NCBI GenBank assembly: GCA_044892525.1
Contig: CM097885.1
Location: 252,030,001-252,094,000 of the forward strand
Reading direction: 5' to 3'
DNA length: 64,000 bases
DNA from: Schmidtea polychroa
Taxonomy: Eukaryota
This document shows positions 1 through 10,319 of this stretch, piece after piece (positions within the stretch are counted from its first letter, which is position 1; every line of letters starts with the position of its first letter). The notes below the pieces were generated by a model, which was not told the origin of the DNA, did not search any database, and was given only the letters and a program-made list of their open reading frames with translations. The position numbers and the translations under genes are program-made.

Positions 1-2
1 GA

Positions 3-260
3 GTGGTATTCGATGACCTTTACTTTAATAAATGTCGAGTAGAAGAATTTCTCGCTTTAATAGATTGTGCGTACGAGAACGTTATCAACATCAAATATTC
101 TGTAGCTGTCCTACCAAAGGGATTACCACGCATTTTCTGTATAAACGATATCGATCTTTTTTACCCAGAATGTGTAACATCTACAATAATGGAGGCAATT
201 AAAAGACGAATAAAAATACATCATTTCAGAGGAAGAATTTTTATTTATTTTATTTATTAA
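3..260 (+). CDS. 3' part of a CRESS-DNA-virus Rep-like SF3 helicase (5' end outside window)
   Basis: Shows Walker B-like VFDD, a B'-like segment (IDCAYENVINIKY), motif C-like RIFCIN and Arg-finger-like AIKRR in the order and spacing of CRESS Rep helicase domains. Walker A and the HUH domain would lie upstream of base 1. Confidence 0.62.
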   Translation: MVFDDLYFNKCRVEEFLALIDCAYENVINIKYSVAVLPKGLPRIFCINDIDLFYPECVTSTIMEAIKRRIKIHHFRGRIFIYFIY

Positions 261-532
261 TATATGTTTTACAGACAATGATACATCCCTATCTGACAAC
301 GAGCCAGTCGTCCAGCCAAAATGCCGATTTGTCTCCCTCGAATGCAGAAGCTGCAACAAATTAATGCGATTGTATATTGGTGTTTGTAACAATAGTTTTT
401 AGTTTCATTACCTAATAAATGCATATTAGTGTTTTTTGAAAATAGTTTTTAGTTTAAATAGTCAATAAAAGTTAGAAGAAATTTTTTATTTTATCAAATA
501 TATCGTATTTGACATCGTTTAATACATTTATA

Positions 533-1141
533 TCAGAAAAAAACATCTAAATTAACTTTAAATTCATAAGGTTTTTGAACTACAATATATAAAGACCTAT
601 TTTTCAAAGCTTGTTCATGTTCAGATGCATATTTCCAAATTGGATGATTGTTGGATATAATACATGGACAATTTGTTAATTCAATTTTAGAATCTCCTTT
701 ACGTGAAACTTTAAGAAATATATTCCCTTCGCACATTAATTTAAGCAAATTGACATTTTTAAAATCACAATAGATTTCTTCTCCAATAATAATTTCTTTG
801 CCAACACAATCATCAAAACAGAATTCACTTTGAGTTTGAGCACCGGTGAAAAATCCATGTTTTAATGTTCCATGACATATTGCAGTAAATAAAGTTTTTC
901 CTCCATTACTAGCACCTTCTAGAATAATTGTCTTTGTCTTTCCGGCCTGAGAAGATAGTATTGTATAGATCCCAATAAGCCGACGAATATACTTTTCATT
1001 TTCTTTAGGAACAATTTTACTATTATGAGAAAGAATTCGATTAATTTGTCTATTGTGATCATCGTTAAAATAGAAATTATTGTTATTAATAAAACTCTCC
1101 ATAAAAGTTGATAATTCATTGTATAACAACAACTTGTTCAT
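533..1141 (-). CDS. SF3 helicase, helicase domain only (parvovirus NS1 / papillomavirus E1-like), 202 aa
   Basis: Walker A GASNGGKT, Walker B IIIGEE, B' LKLMCEG..V.RKG, motif C CIISNN and ALKNR. It has its own ATG at 1141 and an intact frame, but no HUH nuclease domain. Confidence 0.85.
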   Translation of the reverse strand: MNKLLLYNELSTFMESFINNNNFYFNDDHNRQINRILSHNSKIVPKENEKYIRRLIGIYTILSSQAGKTKTIILEGASNGGKTLFTAICHGTLKHGFFTGAQTQSEFCFDDCVGKEIIIGEEIYCDFKNVNLLKLMCEGNIFLKVSRKGDSKIELTNCPCIISNNHPIWKYASEHEQALKNRSLYIVVQKPYEFKVNLDVFF

Positions 1142-1324
1142 GATTAATGAAATGACTCATCGATGTTTTGTACTTTTATTCAAAAATATATAGTAAAGTA
1201 AAGGCAATTTACTGTGCCTTCGTTACAAAGGTAATTTACTGTACTTCCCTATATATTTTTGAAAACTCCCACGCAGTCTTTTGTGTGCGGTGTGCTCCTT
1301 ATAGACTTGGGAAATGGGGGGTAT

Positions 1325-1351
1325 GGGGGCCCTGTAGCCCTGTAGGCCCCC
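1325..1351. other. GC-rich hairpin between the helicase cassette and the V-W genes
   Basis: GGGGGCC (1325-1331) pairs with GGCCCCC (1345-1351) around a 13-nt loop, preceded by GGGGGGTAT. It is a GC island in AT-rich DNA. Confidence 0.5.
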
Positions 1352-1400
1352 TAAACAAATTAAAAAACGAAAGAAAGCCATACAACAACATCCAGGAACA

Positions 1401-1715
1401 ATGTTGGAACAAGCCGTATGGCAAAAGATTCAAATGCAACTCAGCCTGCAAACCCAAAGAATTGAACAACTCGAAACTCTCCTACAAGAACAAACCACTC
1501 AACAATCACTGTAGGAAACCATCGTGAAGAAGGAAGCAAAAGAAAGTCAAGTCTTACTCTATACTGCAGTCAGTGAAACCCTTATCATCTGCGCGCTAGT
1601 CGTCTGGAAAGCGTATGACATCTATCGAACATGGGAAAGAAACCAGCCACTATCCTGTATGCGGGACAGACGTAATAAACTTCGAGTCGTAAGAGTGTCA
1701 CTGACAATACCGTAA
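1401..1715 (+). pseudogene. Orphan ORF 'V' (Q/E/L-rich coiled coil plus hydrophobic segment), one premature stop
   Basis: ATG at 1401 is in frame with ORF 1524-1715, with a single TAG at 1512-1514. It reads MLEQAVWQKIQMQLSLQTQRIEQLETLLQEQ...LIICALVVW. Confidence 0.45.
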
Positions 1716-1751
1716 TGTTTGCAGTGTGAGTATAAATGTCTTAACTTTTAG

Positions 1752-2496
1752 ATGACTACCCCAACCAAGTCCGGAAGCACTCTTCGTCCTTGCTTTTCCT
1801 GTGCCGATAAAAATGCGGGGAATTATATCGGGGAATTAAAAAAGAGGATCGACCTCTACGAAGGAACGTGGTTCTCCCCGCCACAAATGAAAGAAGAGAG
1901 CAGTAAAATCTTGCGATTAGAACATTGTCGCGACAGCCTCCTGGAGGAGAGCCGCTGTCAGAGACTGACAATAAAGGCCCAGTCGGAAGCCCTCCACAAG
2001 GTGTATATGGAGGCCGAGCTGGCAAAACGAGTACGAGAGTTTCCCATTCAAGATAAAGCCAATGTTTTCCCACTCACCATCAGTTATCCGAGTCGTCAAA
2101 GTCAGGCTGCGGAGGGCATGGTCCTTATCTGCCACCCATCCCAGCCCCAGTGCTGTCAGGTTACCGACCAATGGCGGGTGGCTCTTCTGACCCCATCCTG
2201 GCCCCAGTCCTCGTCGCACCCGTCATAGCGCCTTCAATAGGTAACGACCCGCCATCCCGCAATAGGAAGCGACCAACCAGATCAGAAAAAAATCAAAAGC
2301 GAAGAAACGGATGGCCGCCCTCGAAGCGTCGTTGTCGGTGGCGCAATCAACGATCGAGCAAATATCCTCCACGCACTCAATTCCCGCAAAGGAGATCTTC
2401 CGAGTAATTCCGGCCGAGGGGATAAAGTTTATCACAGATCATCGACTACCTGTCGACATCGACGAGATGCTCGCAGAAGGAGAAGTATTCTCGTAG
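1752..2496 (+). pseudogene. Orphan gene family 'W', copy 1 (frameshifted)
   Basis: RPCFSCADK, EGTWFSPPQMK, EHCRD, SEALHKVY, NVFP, basic RKRPTRSEKNQKRR and C-terminal VDIDEMLAEGEVFS are spread over three frames. All are shared with the copies at 6.3-7.1, 15.2-15.9 and 18.7-19.4 kb. Confidence 0.7.
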
Positions 2497-2868
2497 CGAA
2501 CTTTTTCATCGGTCTCGATTCTCCTACATTATGAATGAACTCGAAAAATTTGACATTATCGTGTGCATGATCTTTAATGTTTTGTCATTATCTAAATAAT
2601 GGTGAATGTCTCTTTATGTTTATTTGAATATAATTGTTCGATTTCCTTGACTGTGTTAATAGTATGCGTGATTGTTCGAGGTTGATTTGAATGAAAAGGT
2701 GATCATGAAGATATAGTATGAGCTTAAATGTCGTCCCTCTGGACCAGGGTCGGACTGAATCATGTGTGTAGCAATAGGTAAGATCTCCTAAGGCACAAGG
2801 GAACCCGAACCGAGAAGGGGTTAGGAGTTGTCCTAAGGCAGGGGTTCACCTGCTAACCTTTTCCAACC

Positions 2869-2912
2869 CGTGTGGGCAGTACCAACGTGGAACATCACCA
2901 CGGGCTCATACG
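2869..2912 (+). ncRNA. Conserved two-stem structured motif, copy 1
   Basis: Stem1 CGTGTGGGC/GCTCATACG, linker AGTACCAA, stem2 CGTGG/CCACG, single G. The same architecture occurs at 25377 and 30384 with different stem sequences. Confidence 0.45.
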
Positions 2913-3091
2913 TGGGAATATTTGTATGATCATTTGGAGTATGTAAGGGAAGTGTCTGAGCGGAACGATGATGCTTTCTATGTAGTACAATCATGTAGAT
3001 ATATTTTTCTTTTCCCACATACGCCAACATTTGTAATTTATCCAAAAGTGTTGTACTTTGCGGCTGAAGATAAATAAGAGTCAATTTGTGG

Positions 3092-3870
3092 TTAATATTC
3101 GACAGGTTTCTTATACAGAACTTCTAAAATAGCCAAGTGAACACCATGGTTGTAGCAAAGTTGATGGTATGACGGAATCAATTTACCAAACTTTACCATA
3201 ACAACTGCACCATCACTTGTGCAACTAACTATGTCCGAAAAGCTTAGTGCAAAATCACGCAATCTATTTTTAACCATTTCTACAGCCTTTTCACTTGGAC
3301 AAGCGCCATCTATTCTTGCAAGTCCTAAATTACAAAATTTACCATCACTGTAGTGTAGATTAATGTTCATATACCGCCGGTTTCTTGTACTAGTCCATTC
3401 GTCTGTTGTGATGCTGAATTTGGTGTTGCTGGTTTTTAATACATTGATTTCATCGCATATATGACTTTTTATTTCATAATAATAATCTCTGACAAGTTTT
3501 TGAATATCGGATTGATGTTTTGGTAGCGTATAGCCCCGCTCAGTAATTGATTGTCGGATGAAGCTACTATTACTGATGGCACGAAAAGATATTCCATCCT
3601 TTGCCACTAATCGCGAAATAATTTGAGCTAAAGATGCTTGTTTTACAAATTTAAATATAGATGATTGAAATTTTGACAGGAACATTTTCTTCGGTTTCAT
3701 TCTCTTGGTGTAAGGTATTTTTGGTCTTAATTGTTATACTATGTTTCGTCTTTAAATGACGTATTAAACCAGTTGTTGATGATACTTTAATGAATATTTT
3801 GTTTGTGCAGTAATTGCATACTGCATATTCGCCTTTTTCATTTTTTGTAATGTTTCCATGATTCTGATTC
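3092..3870 (-). mobile_element. hAT transposase 5' fragment (BED finger plus N-terminal catalytic part), truncated and frameshifted
   Basis: BED-like AVCNYC...LIRHLKTKH lies upstream of ORF 3092-3700, which contains FSITTDEWT (first catalytic D), SDGA and CYNH (CxxH). It is clearly related to the hAT at 59.2-61.7 kb. Confidence 0.85.
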
Positions 3871-5079
3871 CATTTTTGGGAAGTCTAATTTTAAATTTTG
3901 AATCTACAAGTAAAAAATTTCGTTAAGAAATTGTAATAATTTATTAATTCAGTGTTATTTGAAAAATATACCTTTTTTTATTTTCGAAATATTTTTGAAA
4001 TATAATAATCAGTGTCTTTACGAAATCAAACTAACATAACAAAACATTCATTTTGCATGTTAAAGAAAACCATGGAAACACAATAATCACAAAAAATATC
4101 AATATAAAATTAATAATATTTTGATAATATAATTAATAATTATATATATTTTTAATTATTAATCTTGATTTGACAAAGTATAAATCAAAATTTTTTTTTG
4201 TAAATTCAAATATATATTTTTAAAATCATTACAATTTAGGTTATTTAAACACCAACAAAATAATACAATTAATAAATTATAAACGAAAAATTGATATATT
4301 AGCACACATAAGAATCATATTTATAAATGAATATTAATAAAATTTTAAATATTTTTATAGTGTAATGAATTTAAATTCTTTCAAAAAATTGACCTAATTC
4401 ACGGGAATTTTCTTATTTTTATCGTCATAGTTGAATATGGTGGGTTTGGGAGGGCTGTTATAAGCTATCAATATGAGTTGGTTGGGTATATCAGTTTCAA
4501 GTGATTTCTGAGTTGAAAATTACCAATTTACTAAGTTTTTGATGCGGTTATAAAATTAGAGTAGGAAATCCTCCGTTCACTCATTTCATAACGTCACTAA
4601 TATTTCTAATCGAAAATTGGATAACAATTTATTGAGATTCGGAAATATACATGGCCAAGTCATTAATTCCCATCGAAAATTTTTAGCAGGGATCTCCCTG
4701 TCATTCGGGTTCCAGATTATATACGTTTATCAATATTCTAACTGAAGTTTGAATCACAGTTCAATTTGTGGAAATCGGAAATTTTTATGAATAAGTTTTT
4801 AATTCCTTTAATTCTCCCTGTTATTTTTTGTTTGTTAATTCATCAAATTTATCAATTGCAAATTTTATTTTATGATATAATCGATTACATTTTAGAAATT
4901 TTGTAGTTTTACCAATCAGTATTTTGTGCGTATTTTGAGTAAAATTCAGATTATTCGTTTGCCTTCTTCAGCCGAACTCCACTTGAGAGAACAAATCCAG
5001 TGTCTTATATTATACATATTTGGATGTAGTATTTGGATATGTAATATTAATGCGTTAAGGTTCATTAATTAAAATTTGT

Positions 5080-5711
5080 CTATTTTGCCGTCCGAACTCG
5101 ACTTAGTACGATATACTCTTTTGTTATGTTATGGCTAACATTACAACAAAAGCATATTGTAATGCCAAACCTATGTAATTCCATGTAACTCCATGGCGTG
5201 AACAATATAATATATATAATATATATTAGTATTACTTCTGCAAGCAAAACAAATAAAAATGCTAAACAAATAAACAGAAATCGATGTTTGGTTTTGTCAC
5301 AACGTATTGTATTAAGTGTTCGAAATATCTTTCTTTCATACTTGACCGGACGAGGCATGGTCAGCTTTTTCGTTTCCAGTGTTGACGATGGCAGTCTCTT
5401 TATCAGAGCTGCTAGAGCTGGAAAAACCCTTGTTCGGGTGAATCGGAACCTTCACAACACCAGCATCTGTGTATAGATCTACTCGTATCTTGATGAGTCG
5501 CTGCAGCTGATCGCGAATCATGATCTTTAGTTATCGCAGCACTCTTTGCTTTTTCAAGAGCCTTTATATGGTTGTGGAGTTTCTTCACGTAGTCCGGATG
5601 GAACCAGGTGAATTCTATCCATCTACATCGATTGACCAATGATTCCACTGATCCGCTTGTGTCGAGTCGCTTCTGTGGTGTATCGTGCCACATCTGGCAG
5701 GAATTTCTCAA
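5080..5711 (-). other. Orphan ORFs of a virus-like unit: disrupted ORF 'X' (5336-5711) overlapping an intact 92-aa membrane ORF (5080-5358)
   Basis: A GC-richer island. The 92-aa ORF has a long hydrophobic stretch (FLFICLAFLFVLLAEVILIYIIYIILF). No family recognised. Confidence 0.3.
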
Positions 5712-5762
5712 TAGGGTCCACTTGATTCAAAATGAACTAAAAGATTTTTTCAGTGCATTGAA

Positions 5763-5818
5763 AATTGCACTGTCATGGTTATTAATAAGGATTTATGTTA
5801 TATTTATAAATATGCATT
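5763..5818 (+). repeat. 56-bp direct repeat, left copy (right copy 10250-10305)
   Basis: AATTGCACTGTCATGGTTATTAATAAGGA...AATATGCATT; 54 of 56 positions are identical between the copies. Confidence 0.9.
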
Positions 5819-5879
5819 GCTGGGTATGGGGTCGGGTCAGAAAACATTTTCACATACCAGGGGATGATAGTCCTAACTG

Positions 5880-6242
5880 CACATACAGTGTTTCGTCGTT
5901 CCAAGGGACCCTTAACCAAAACCCACACGATCATACCTCAAGCATGACACCCGTGATTCGCATCATGTTGGTACTGTGTCATGTCGGCGAGCCATGATGA
6001 GGCAGGCTCCCTCATCACAACTCGACTTAACCGTCGCTCGACTGCCGGTGGAAGGACTTACGTCATTTTCATCACTCAAAGATCTCATACATCATTCATG
6101 TCATCGACCAATTTCCACTGCGACATTCAATTTGCCAGTCTATCTCCGTATCATACTCAGACAAACCCTCACAATCAGTTCAATGGTTACTCCACAGCAA
6201 GAGAACATATTCACAAGTGACAACAACAATATATATTTTTAA
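5880..6242 (+). CDS. Orphan ORF 'Y' in unit B1, convergent with W
   Basis: The frame of ORF 5976-6242 carries HDTRDSHHVGTVSCRR and LPVEGLTS. Unit B2 has HSTRESHHVVTVLCRR and LPIEGLTS, with synonymous or conservative changes in this frame. Confidence 0.45.
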
Positions 6243-6297
6243 GTCACGACTAGAAAGTACATTTACGATTAACATTATAAGTCGCATAGACATCAAA

Positions 6298-7052
6298 TCA
6301 CAAGGTGTTTGGGGAAGTTCCTGCAAATAACTCGTCCAGGTCGAAAAAATCCCTGGCGTTTTCTTCCCAAGATGAACTGACGGGCGGGACTACCCTGAAG
6401 ATAGGAGGAGAAGTGTGGGCCCTGCAGGAGGCGCTGGAGCTGGTAGTTGAGTGGAGGCGATCAGAGCCGCTTCTCTTTCGGCCTGGAGGGCCCTTCTTCT
6501 TTTGGTACGCTCGGCCCTAGAGGGTTGCCGGCGTTTAGTGCTTTTCTTCACCTCCGGGAGAGTGACCGGGGCTGTTAAATCTACTACTCTTGGAATAGCG
6601 CGAATTGTGCCAATACAGGTGACTTCGGCGGAAATCGTCGGCTGAGAAGTGTTCGAATGGCTTAAATAGGTCGGGTTGACGGATTTGGTCAATGAGATAC
6701 CCGAGAGATGGTGGGACGGGAACAGATTGTCCTCTTTCGCGAGTGGAATATCTACTATTTTCCAGGTAACCGAGGCTTGCACGAACACCTTGTGCAACGC
6801 TTCGGACTTCTCTTTGATAAAAGTACGCAAAGCGCTATTTTCCTCTAATACGTCGTCTCGGCACTTCTCCACTCATGTGAGTCTCGTCCTCACCTCCTTC
6901 ATCTGTGCTGGGGAGAAATGCGTCCCCTCTAGATGGTCTGACTTCTTCTTCAGGAGGCCATTCTGGGTTTGTAATGTTTGGATTAGATGGTTCTTGTCAG
7001 CGCAAGAAAAACATGGGGATAAGATCGTAGTGTTGGCTGAGGTTCTTGACAT
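6298..7052 (-). pseudogene. Orphan gene family 'W', copy 2 (frameshifted)
   Basis: MSRTS..PCFSCADK, EGTHFSPAQMK, KCRD, SEALHKVF, NLFP, KRRQPSRAERTKRR, and C-terminal WEENARDFFDLDELFA ending at TGA 6298-6300. Confidence 0.72.
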
Positions 7053-8532
7053 TCTAGAAATTGTAAATAATTTTATTAACCCTATCACGCCTGTTCCCAT
7101 TCGGCCATCATGCATCATACCTCGCCAAAGATTATTATGTCATACAGAGCAATCAATCAAGTGATAATAATAATGATAATAATGGTAATAATAATACTAA
7201 TTCGGGATAATAGTCAATCTACTTCGGACACCCTTAGGGGAGAAAACGTCAGAGTTCTGTTAACATGATAACAATCAGCATCACTTATCTGCTGTCTCAT
7301 TTTACTTTCCGCACCCCGGGGGTTGATTATTTGATTAACCCATTCTTTAGTTGAGTCGAAATAAAAGCCAAAAATGGCGTGAAATTCCCGCCGATTGAGG
7401 GTGATTATTTCATAAAAATCCCCCTAAGAAAATATCTACTTCAAAATGAACAAAAATTAACTACAATGTCTGATAAGCGAGAATTTAACTTTCGATCGGC
7501 GCTCATGATTTTATCGGCATAGTTGTTGATTTTTATTTAATTTTTCCTATGTGTATTATCTCTCACCGTGTCTTGTATCCATTTAATCCCACAAGTGTCA
7601 TTAGGTACCTCAGTAGAGTTATCTCGGTGTGTTTGGCCGACATGCGATTAGTACGAGTGCACGTGTTCCGATTTCAGGGTTCTCGATTCGACTCGTGGGT
7701 CTACGATTATTACTCGTGCGATATTTGTATTCGTGTGATTGGTGCATGGATGTTATCGGAATGGTAGATCCCCCTGGTGAATGCTTATCTATACCGGTGC
7801 TAATGCTATGTCGATATGATCTATGATCTGCAAATTATCAGCTGGTATGATTCGTTAATCTGGTGGCATTCCCATCGCCTAAAATGTACTCGGCCAATAT
7901 TAGGTGAAATAATATGAATGGAATCATCTGAAAACTCGGTTTTATGGTAAAAAGATTCCTAATGTGATCTAGATGTTCGGGCAAATCTCTTTGATGTAAA
8001 TATACCTAGTGCAATGCGAGTTTGAAAACCAGACGTGAAAATTATTTGATATCGAGTCCCGTTTGATTTCGAAAATGCTTTTCATTGGAACTTCGTGATT
8101 TTTATTTTTAAATTGAGATTTACTGCAAATCGACTTTCTTAGTTAATTATATGTGTTTTACTATGAACCGCAAAACTGATTTATCTGTCAGCAATATCAA
8201 AAATCATGTTGGTCCCCGCTCGAAGTTGTCAGTGTAATGACTCTCGAAATTTTCCTCGTAGTGGAAAATAATTAGTGCCTGTTGAATACATTTAACCTTT
8301 CTTTTGTATTTTTCCGACGTCTCGCTGATTCATTCAGTGTGACACGATAAATTAAAAATGACGATTTTTATGAAGATAGCGTTTCTTCCTTTAGTTGATA
8401 CTCTGAGTGTTCTCTGAGGACGTTAGTCCTACTAGAGTAACTATCAAACTTGCAACATGAGCTTAGATTGGTGCAGCATACGATTTTTATATGAATTATG
8501 ACGATGACGGGTGAAGGTCAAGAATCAGGAAT

Positions 8533-9291
8533 CAGATCCGATGACAATGCTAAAAATTTTTGGTAAAAGTCCCCAGAGCTTAGTAGAATTACTTCATATA
8601 ACATTCACTAGCACTGGGGCAGAAATCAATGAGTTTTTTGTTGCTTCTCAGCTTTTTAACTATTTTTCAGGAACCATTGAAATGTCGAAGGATCTCCGTA
8701 CTGCTTGCTGGAATTGTATTGGCTCCAATATTCGAGATATAAGCCAAAATACATATAGATATGCTGACAAGCTCATCTCTGGATGCTTTATTATCAAAAA
8801 CTTGGTCCGAGATCAGCATATAGAATTCCTGGATGCATTTGAAACTGCTATAAATATATGGCAGTCTAACGTAAATTATAATCAAAATTACCTTACTTTT
8901 AAGAATAATGATTCGTTAGAAAAACATGCTTTTTTTAAGAAAAAGTTTAAATTTAAAGAAAAATTAAAGAAAAAATTAATTTTAAAGAAAACCCCAATAA
9001 TTTAAAAAACACCTTGGATAAAATTAAGATAAGTAACGAAAATTTTATTAAAAAACAAGTTATTAAAAATAAAAATAAAAACGTGAAAATTTTTAAAAAT
9101 GACGTAAAAAATTTACAATTCCCTGAAAAAAAGCATGTAAATAATTGGTTCTTTAATGATTTCAGAAATAAAGAACTTTATAAAAAATCCAAAAAAACCA
9201 GAAATAAAAAACGAAAATTAAAGAAAAAACAAATTCAGAATAATTTGTTTATAAATCCTTCAAAATCCAGATCCGATGACAATGCTAAAAA
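8533..9291 (+). repeat. ~0.7-kb segment bracketed by an exact 24-bp direct repeat
   Basis: CAGATCCGATGACAATGCTAAAAA occurs at 8533-8556 and 9268-9291. The enclosed DNA holds most of unassigned ORF 8511-9005 and an A-rich tract. Confidence 0.7.
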
Positions 9292-10319
9292 ATTTTTTCG
9301 TCCTCCATACACATAAAAATTTCAGTTTATTTAAGGGTGAGTACCGTTCTCCCCTTCGGCCTTGTGCCAGTTCGATTTACATAAAATAAAATTAGATTTT
9401 TTTTTTTTTCTAGAGTGACATTCGACGGACGATGATTCGGTCACCTTAGTCGTTGTGAAGGGTCATACATGCTCTTTCATGAAAATGTCTTGCATTTCTC
9501 AGTTGCATCATTCTTCTCTGTCGCTTTTTAATCTCTCTTTTCCTGTGGCGATAGATCAGTTAGGAAACCCCCACGATGACCCGCTCTCAGCCACTGCGTC
9601 GCTGATGTAGCATCTGACCTTCTGGCAAGAGGAACAACCCGTGTCCCTCAAGCTGAGGCCAGCTGAACCTCAGTGTTGCATGATACCTCAAAATTGCATA
9701 AAATGGCATATCGAAGATTCATAATCATTAAAATTCATAATTCTAAACAATAACCTAAAATTTATGTGATTTACGAAAAATTTCATATAAAATTAATTAG
9801 TGAACAGGGAAAAACATTAAATCATTTTATTTAAAATTACTCTAATTATTATATTCAAAATGCTAAATTTACAAATGGGTGTTTCATAGAAATCAACAAA
9901 ATTTTACTTAGTATAATCGGTCCTCTGAATTAACTGGTTCTCCTAGTGATTTAGTTGGCTTAATGAATGTTCTCGAATTGGTCCTTGTCGATAGTGAATG
10001 CGTTCCTGAATGCTAGATTTCTTGAGCTTAAAAAATTTGTTTGTTAACACTGAAAGTTCTGTTTCAGTGTTTCCCTTATATACTTAATTTTGAGTTTATG
10101 CGGACCAATCAAAATTGAGCGCGGTGTAATTTTTTAATTTAATTCGGTTTCTTTGTTTTTCGTAGTTTTCTTGGTGTTTCCTTACTGTTTTCTTTATTTT
10201 TTATTTATTTTCATATTTATTATTAAATTATTACCTTTCTTTCTAGCCCAATTGCACTGTCATGGTTATTAATAAGGACTTATGTTATATTCATAAATAT
10301 GCATTATGATTTAGTAATT

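Larger units (their letters stand above)
5819..10249. mobile_element. Orphan multi-gene unit B1 (Y+, W-, Z+, X-, CCAAT/TATA promoter), no recognisable transposase or RT
   Basis: Five anchors are collinear with unit B2 (14596-18200), and the unit is bounded by the 56-bp direct repeat. Confidence 0.5.

Noticed and set aside
232-400. Possible second exon for the Rep-like ORF (acceptor TTACAG near 274, CxxC-containing frame)
   Set aside because: The matching donor reads GAAGAA rather than GT, so it cannot be supported without transcript data.
2886-2902. Resemblance of the minus strand (CGTGG-loop-CCACG-TT) to the pistol ribozyme P1
   Set aside because: There is no downstream pseudoknot partner for the loop, the loops differ among the three copies, and G-T pairs favour the plus strand.
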